Origin: Candidatus Latescibacterota bacterium
GTDB lineage: Bacteria > Latescibacterota > UBA2968 > GCA-2709665
Direction of reading: 5' to 3'
Assembly: GCA_965208835.1 (NCBI GenBank)
Contig: OZ242358.1
Coordinates: forward strand, 832,001 to 896,000
Length of the DNA: 64,000 bases
In this document: positions 59,168 through 64,000 of the stretch, piece by piece
Position numbering within the stretch: position 1 is the stretch's first letter
How the letters are laid out: each line of letters opens with the position of its first letter
Translations under genes and position numbers: made by a program
Notes under the pieces: generated by a model
Database searches by the model: none
The model's input: the letters and a program-made list of their open reading frames with translations, nothing else
Told to the model about the DNA's origin: nothing

Positions 59168-59782
59168 ATGAAAAACGAAAACCCTCCTCGCTGTATCATC
59201 TTCGATCTGTCTGAAGTTTTCATCGCCGGGCTTCCCGGAGTCGAGAAGCGTATCTCGACAGCGCTCTCCATTCCCGAAGAAGGTCTGCTGGAGTGCTTTG
59301 GGGGAGAACCGGTGATGCAGGTCCTGAGAGGGGAGATATCGGAGGATTCCTATCTGGGCGGGATTCTGGAGCGAACGGGCTGGGACCTGGGTCTGGCGCC
59401 GCTCAAACGCATGCTCAGGGACAACTTCCACGTCCGGATCGATGGTTCTCTCGATATTCTTCGCGAAGTTGAGAAAACACATCGTGTTGCCTTGCTGTCG
59501 GACCACGTGCGGGAATGGGTTCGATACATCAGGTCGATCCATCCGTTTCTGGGCATATTCGACGATCGGTTCTACTCGTTCGAGCTGGGCAAGACCAAGT
59601 CCGACCCGACGGTCTTCCCGGTAGTACTCCGTTCGCTGGGGTACCAACCGCAGGAGTGTCTGTTTATCGACGATCGAATCCGGAACGTGAGGAGTGCGGA
59701 ATCGATCGGCCTGCCGTCCATTCACTTTCGAAACGCGGGGCAGTTGAGGGCCGATCTGAGAAGACGACGGGTACTGCCCTGA
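59168..59782 (+). CDS. HAD-family hydrolase
   Basis: IIFDLSEV, LLSD, K.DP and LFIDD...NV..A motifs. Confidence 0.85.
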   Translation: MKNENPPRCIIFDLSEVFIAGLPGVEKRISTALSIPEEGLLECFGGEPVMQVLRGEISEDSYLGGILERTGWDLGLAPLKRMLRDNFHVRIDGSLDILREVEKTHRVALLSDHVREWVRYIRSIHPFLGIFDDRFYSFELGKTKSDPTVFPVVLRSLGYQPQECLFIDDRIRNVRSAESIGLPSIHFRNAGQLRADLRRRRVLP

Positions 59783-59908
59783 CGTCGCAAGACCCGAACA
59801 GACACGACGCATGACGTCGCGTACAACGGGACCCCGAAATGGCGGCCGCTCCGGAATCAGGCCGCAATCAGGCGAACCACCGGGTCCATGTGAAAAAGGG
59901 ACAGAACA

Positions 59909-60796
59909 GTGATCGAGATATTGTCTCACGACCGTGCCGAGGACCTGATTTCCAATACCGCCGCGTACCTGGAAACGCGCGAGAGCGAACACAATCTTCC
60001 GCTCGGCCTCATGTACGGGCTTGCCGGAAATCCGCAGCGCTACGGCGTCGAGCCGCCCGTGATGCTGAGTGTCATGGATCGGGGCCGGGCCGTCGGAATG
60101 GCAATCCTGACGCAGGGAAGAAAACTCATCCTCAGCAGATTCGAAGCGAAGACCGAGGATGCGGTGATTCCATTGGTACGCCATCTGCGAATGAATGAGG
60201 TCCCCATACCCGGTGTCGTCGGGCCGGAGGATGAAGCCCGCGTCTTTTCCGATCGCTGGGCCGAAGCCGTGCCCGGCGGTTCAGCCACTCTGACCATGCG
60301 AATGCGCGCCTTCGAAATCAGGGAGGTCGCCGACGTGCCGCTTTCCGGAGGGGTAATGCGCCTGGCGTCAATGGATGATCACGCGCTGACGGCGCGGTGG
60401 ACTTCGGAATTCTCGGAGCAGATCGGCGAGCCAATGGATCCGGACGCGGCAGCCGGCGCCGCCGAGCGGTACATTCAAACTGAACAGCTGTACATCTGGG
60501 ACCGCGGCGGCCCTGTTTCCATGGCGAAGACTTCGCGTGCGACCAGAAACGGTATCACCATCAATGGCGTGTATACGCCTGCTGAGCATCGCAATAAAGG
60601 ATACGCGACGTCCTGCGTGTGGTCGCTGACGAAGAAGCTGCTCTCGGACGACTATTCGTTCTGCAGCCTGTTTACGGATCAGCTGAATCCCACGTCCAAC
60701 AGCATCTATCAGAATATCGGCTACAGGCCGGTGGGGGATGCGTTGACCTATGATTTCGTGTATTTCGATCAGGGTGAACCCAACGTATCCCCTTGA
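59909..60796 (+). CDS. GNAT-family acetyltransferase
   Basis: INGVYTPAEHRNKGYA...LFTDQLNPTSNSIYQNIGY. Confidence 0.9.
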   Translation: MIEILSHDRAEDLISNTAAYLETRESEHNLPLGLMYGLAGNPQRYGVEPPVMLSVMDRGRAVGMAILTQGRKLILSRFEAKTEDAVIPLVRHLRMNEVPIPGVVGPEDEARVFSDRWAEAVPGGSATLTMRMRAFEIREVADVPLSGGVMRLASMDDHALTARWTSEFSEQIGEPMDPDAAAGAAERYIQTEQLYIWDRGGPVSMAKTSRATRNGITINGVYTPAEHRNKGYATSCVWSLTKKLLSDDYSFCSLFTDQLNPTSNSIYQNIGYRPVGDALTYDFVYFDQGEPNVSP

Positions 60797-60868
60797 TGAG
60801 TTAATGAACCGGATGCACGGTGGAATTGAAACGGAACTCGAACGCGAATCCTGAGGACGGAGTCTGCC

Positions 60869-62023
60869 ATGAAGTACGATCTGCTTATCAAGGGAGGGAC
60901 GCTGGTCGATCCCGCGCAAGGCCTCAGCGGCGAGCGGGACGTGGGGTTCGCGGCGGGACGGGTGGCCGCTGTAGGCGAATGTCTCGATAAGGACGACGGA
61001 CGCGAGGTGATCGACGCGGCGGGTTGCGTGGTTACGCCCGGGTTGATCGATCTTCACGTTCATGTATTCGCCGGCGTCAGTCACTATGGCATCGAACCCG
61101 ATCCCACGTGCCTGGCTCGAGGAGCGACGACGGTGGTCGATGCGGGGTCCGCGGGCGCCGATACCTTTCCGGGTTTCCGGAAATACGTGATCGACGTGAG
61201 CGAGACCCGGATACTGGCCCAGATGAATATCTCCTCGCAGGGCATGCTCACCGAAGAGATCGGCGAGTTCGAGATTCCCGAATACGCGGACGTGGACAAG
61301 GCGTGCCGTATGATCGAGCGGCACCGGGACGTCGTCCTCGGCGTAAAGGTCAGGCTGACGAGGAATACAATCGTCAGCGAACGGTCCGGAATGCTCCCTC
61401 TTTACAGGGCAAGAGAGGCGGCGGACGCGGCCGGGTTGCCGATTATGGTGCATCCGCAGGACGCGTGGTGCGAATCGATAGACGATATTCTGAACGTCAT
61501 GAACGGCGGAGATATTCTAACGCATTGTTATCACGACTATCCCTGTGGGATTCTCAATGGCGAGGGACGGATCCGGGATTCGGTGCTGGAGGCGATTGAA
61601 CGGGGTGTCGTGTTCGACGTGGGTCACGGCGCCGGGTCGTTTTCTTGGCAGATCGTCGAGAAGGCGCTGTCGCAGGACGTGCTTCCGACGACGATTTCAT
61701 CGGACCTGCACATTTACAATGTCAACGGTCCCGTTTACGACCTGGCCTCCGTGGTGACGAAATTTCTGCACCTGGGTCTGTCGATTGAAGAATCGATCTC
61801 GCGCGTGACGTCCGTGCCTTCTGCGATAATCGGCATGGAGGGCGAGGTGGGGACGCTGTCCCCAGGCGCGTTCGGGGATGCGGTTGTGTTTGAGCTGCGG
61901 GAAGGGGACTTTCGTTTCGAAGACTCGAGGGGGGAGGTCCGGACGGGTAAGCGGAATCTGGTTCCCATGACTGTCGTCAAGGGCGGCCGGGTCTATACGC
62001 GCCGTCACACAGGTGACAGTTGA
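60869..62023 (+). CDS. Amidohydrolase/deacetylase-family metallohydrolase (dihydroorotase-like)
   Basis: PGLIDLHVH, DAGSAG, GVKVR, THCY, FDVGHG and ISSDLH motifs. Confidence 0.9.
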   Translation: MKYDLLIKGGTLVDPAQGLSGERDVGFAAGRVAAVGECLDKDDGREVIDAAGCVVTPGLIDLHVHVFAGVSHYGIEPDPTCLARGATTVVDAGSAGADTFPGFRKYVIDVSETRILAQMNISSQGMLTEEIGEFEIPEYADVDKACRMIERHRDVVLGVKVRLTRNTIVSERSGMLPLYRAREAADAAGLPIMVHPQDAWCESIDDILNVMNGGDILTHCYHDYPCGILNGEGRIRDSVLEAIERGVVFDVGHGAGSFSWQIVEKALSQDVLPTTISSDLHIYNVNGPVYDLASVVTKFLHLGLSIEESISRVTSVPSAIIGMEGEVGTLSPGAFGDAVVFELREGDFRFEDSRGEVRTGKRNLVPMTVVKGGRVYTRRHTGDS

Positions 62024-62037
62024 CTCGAAATTGAGGG

Positions 62038-63978
62038 ATGCATATGTCGTCGCCAATCAAGCCCGAGCATACGTACGATCTGGTTGACGTATCGGACGTG
62101 GAGATTGCGGGAGACGGTTCCGCCGTTGTTTTCGTGCGTCAGGAGATCAACAGGAAGACGATGAAGCGGGAGTCCCGAATCGTGATGCAATCGCTTGCGG
62201 GCGGTACAGCCGTCGATGTGACGGAGGGTCCGCGGGACGGGGCGCCAAGGCTATCGGCAGACGGGAAGACGCTGGCCTTCTTACGTTCAGGAGAGGACGA
62301 CAGGAGGCAGGTCTGGGTGATGCAGGTCGGTGGCAACGGCGCGAGCCAGTTGACGACGCTTCCGGACGGTGTGAAGGACTTGGCGTGGTCACCCGATGGA
62401 ATGGAATTCGTCGTTGTCTCACGGGTGGACCCGGATCGCGCTCCCGACGATCACGATGAAGACACGATGCCGAGGACACGGGTCGCTCGTCGCGTGCGAT
62501 ACCGTGATGACGGCGACGGCTGGAGGGGTGATGCCTTTACGCAGTTGTTCCTGGTGGATGCCGCGACCGGCACGGCGGAACAGATAACGGACGGGGAGGG
62601 AAATCACGGGGCGCCGGTGTGGTCTCCGGATGGAGGCCGAATTGCGTTCGTGACCGACTGCATAGAGGCGCGTGACTTTGTTCTGGGTTTCGAGGTGCAT
62701 GTATTGGAGTTGGCCACCCGGACATCGTGTTGCTGGTCGGCGGGACTGAGTCGTGCGGAATCCGTAGGTTGGTCACCGGAAGGCAAACGCCTGGCAGTTG
62801 CAGGCTCTCACGACCCGGACGTGTGGGATTCGAGGCAGTCGTGGCTGTACGTACTGGATGAGACCGGGAAGCCGGTGTGCGTGGCGGGTGGTGAATATAC
62901 CGTGGTACAACCTCTTGCGTCACGGTGCTGGACGACGGGCGGCGGGATATTGTTCATCGGTGACAGGAATGGCGAGTCGTTCCTGTGCGAGGTGTATTGC
63001 AGTGGGTCCGCCGGGCGGACGCAGGTTCTGGACGGCGGCGGGCGGGAGTTCACCGGCCTGTCGGTTGACCGCGGCGGCGCGAAGGCGGCTGTGGTGACGT
63101 CGTCACCGGACTGTCCGTGCGACGTGGCGGTGCTGGAAGTGGCTGCGAAGCGGCAGCGGGCGGTAACGGCCGTAAACGCCGGGTTTTTGGAGGCCCATCC
63201 GGCTGGACGCATGGAGAAGCTCGTGTTCAAGCGAAAAGGCGAGGCGATTGAGGCGCGGGTGCTGTTTCCCTGCGATTTCACTGAGGCGAGGTCCTATCCG
63301 CTGGTGCTGGATATCCACGGTGGGCCTCACGGGCGATTTTCGGACTCTTACGACGTCACCCATCAGATTCTGGCAGGCGCGGGGTATATCGTTCTCGCTG
63401 TGAATCCAAGGGGATCCTCGTCATACGGACCGGGATTTCTGAAGGCGGTGCTGGCGGACTGGGGCGGGGAAGATTTCCTGGATCTGATGGCGGGTGTCGA
63501 CCTGCTTTGCGAACGGTCCTACGTGGATTCGGATCGTCTGGGGGTCCACGGATACAGCTACGGCGGCTTTATGAGCAGCTGGATTATCGGTCACGACCAC
63601 CGTTTCAAGGCGGCGGTGATCGGCGCGCCGTGCATCAACTTGCACAGTATGTACGGAACGTCGGATGTCGGGGTTTCGTTCGGCGAGAATCAGTGGCGTG
63701 GTTCGGTGTTGGAGAACGTGGAAGCGCTGGTGAGACGGTCGCCGCTGACCTATGCGCCGGAGGTGCGTACTCCGGTGTTGCTGATGCACGGCGAGGAAGA
63801 CTACCGATGTCCGATTGAGCAGGCCGAGCAGTTCTTCGTCGCGCTGAAGCGGCAGGGGAAGACCGCGGAGTTTGTGCGCTTTCCAAAGTCGTCCCACGGC
63901 TTCAGGAGGAGCGGCCACCCGGCGCTGCACGTGGAATACCTGGACAGAATGGTGTCGTGGCTGGAGCAGTACGTGTAG
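62038..63978 (+). CDS. S9-family peptidase (acylaminoacyl peptidase-like)
   Basis: WSPDG propeller repeats, IHGGP, GYSYGG, HGEEDYRC and SHG motifs. Confidence 0.95.
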   Translation: MHMSSPIKPEHTYDLVDVSDVEIAGDGSAVVFVRQEINRKTMKRESRIVMQSLAGGTAVDVTEGPRDGAPRLSADGKTLAFLRSGEDDRRQVWVMQVGGNGASQLTTLPDGVKDLAWSPDGMEFVVVSRVDPDRAPDDHDEDTMPRTRVARRVRYRDDGDGWRGDAFTQLFLVDAATGTAEQITDGEGNHGAPVWSPDGGRIAFVTDCIEARDFVLGFEVHVLELATRTSCCWSAGLSRAESVGWSPEGKRLAVAGSHDPDVWDSRQSWLYVLDETGKPVCVAGGEYTVVQPLASRCWTTGGGILFIGDRNGESFLCEVYCSGSAGRTQVLDGGGREFTGLSVDRGGAKAAVVTSSPDCPCDVAVLEVAAKRQRAVTAVNAGFLEAHPAGRMEKLVFKRKGEAIEARVLFPCDFTEARSYPLVLDIHGGPHGRFSDSYDVTHQILAGAGYIVLAVNPRGSSSYGPGFLKAVLADWGGEDFLDLMAGVDLLCERSYVDSDRLGVHGYSYGGFMSSWIIGHDHRFKAAVIGAPCINLHSMYGTSDVGVSFGENQWRGSVLENVEALVRRSPLTYAPEVRTPVLLMHGEEDYRCPIEQAEQFFVALKRQGKTAEFVRFPKSSHGFRRSGHPALHVEYLDRMVSWLEQYV

Positions 63979-64000
63979 TCGAACCGCCCACCGATATTGC

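Overview
High-GC bacterial window, probably from an uncultured heterotroph (taxon not assignable from sequence alone). Most of it is metabolic and catabolic genes: TonB receptor/PepSY/CobW metal uptake, icd, ilvC, glyA, pyrB, sppA, two heparinase II/III-like proteins, tandem rhamnonate-dehydratase-like enolases and several peptidases. A visibly lower-GC accessory island at about 5.7-14.1 kb carries a truncated methylase-nuclease and a ubiquitin-like operon (small regulator, Multi_ubiq Ubl lacking a C-terminal Gly, DUF6791-like/ThiF E1 fusion, DUF6527-like protein). It also carries an EcoRI-type methylase, a frameshifted DUF262-HNH nuclease, a winged-helix gene, a HEPN-motif gene and an atypical tRNA with an alanine-type acceptor stem (G3:U70, A73) but a proline anticodon (GGG). 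Non-coding features include a ~187-bp MITE family with TAA/TTA target duplications, an ORF-less group II intron remnant, a palindromic repeat family and a candidate pyrL-like attenuator before pyrB. Family assignments are motif-based recognition by eye, not database results.
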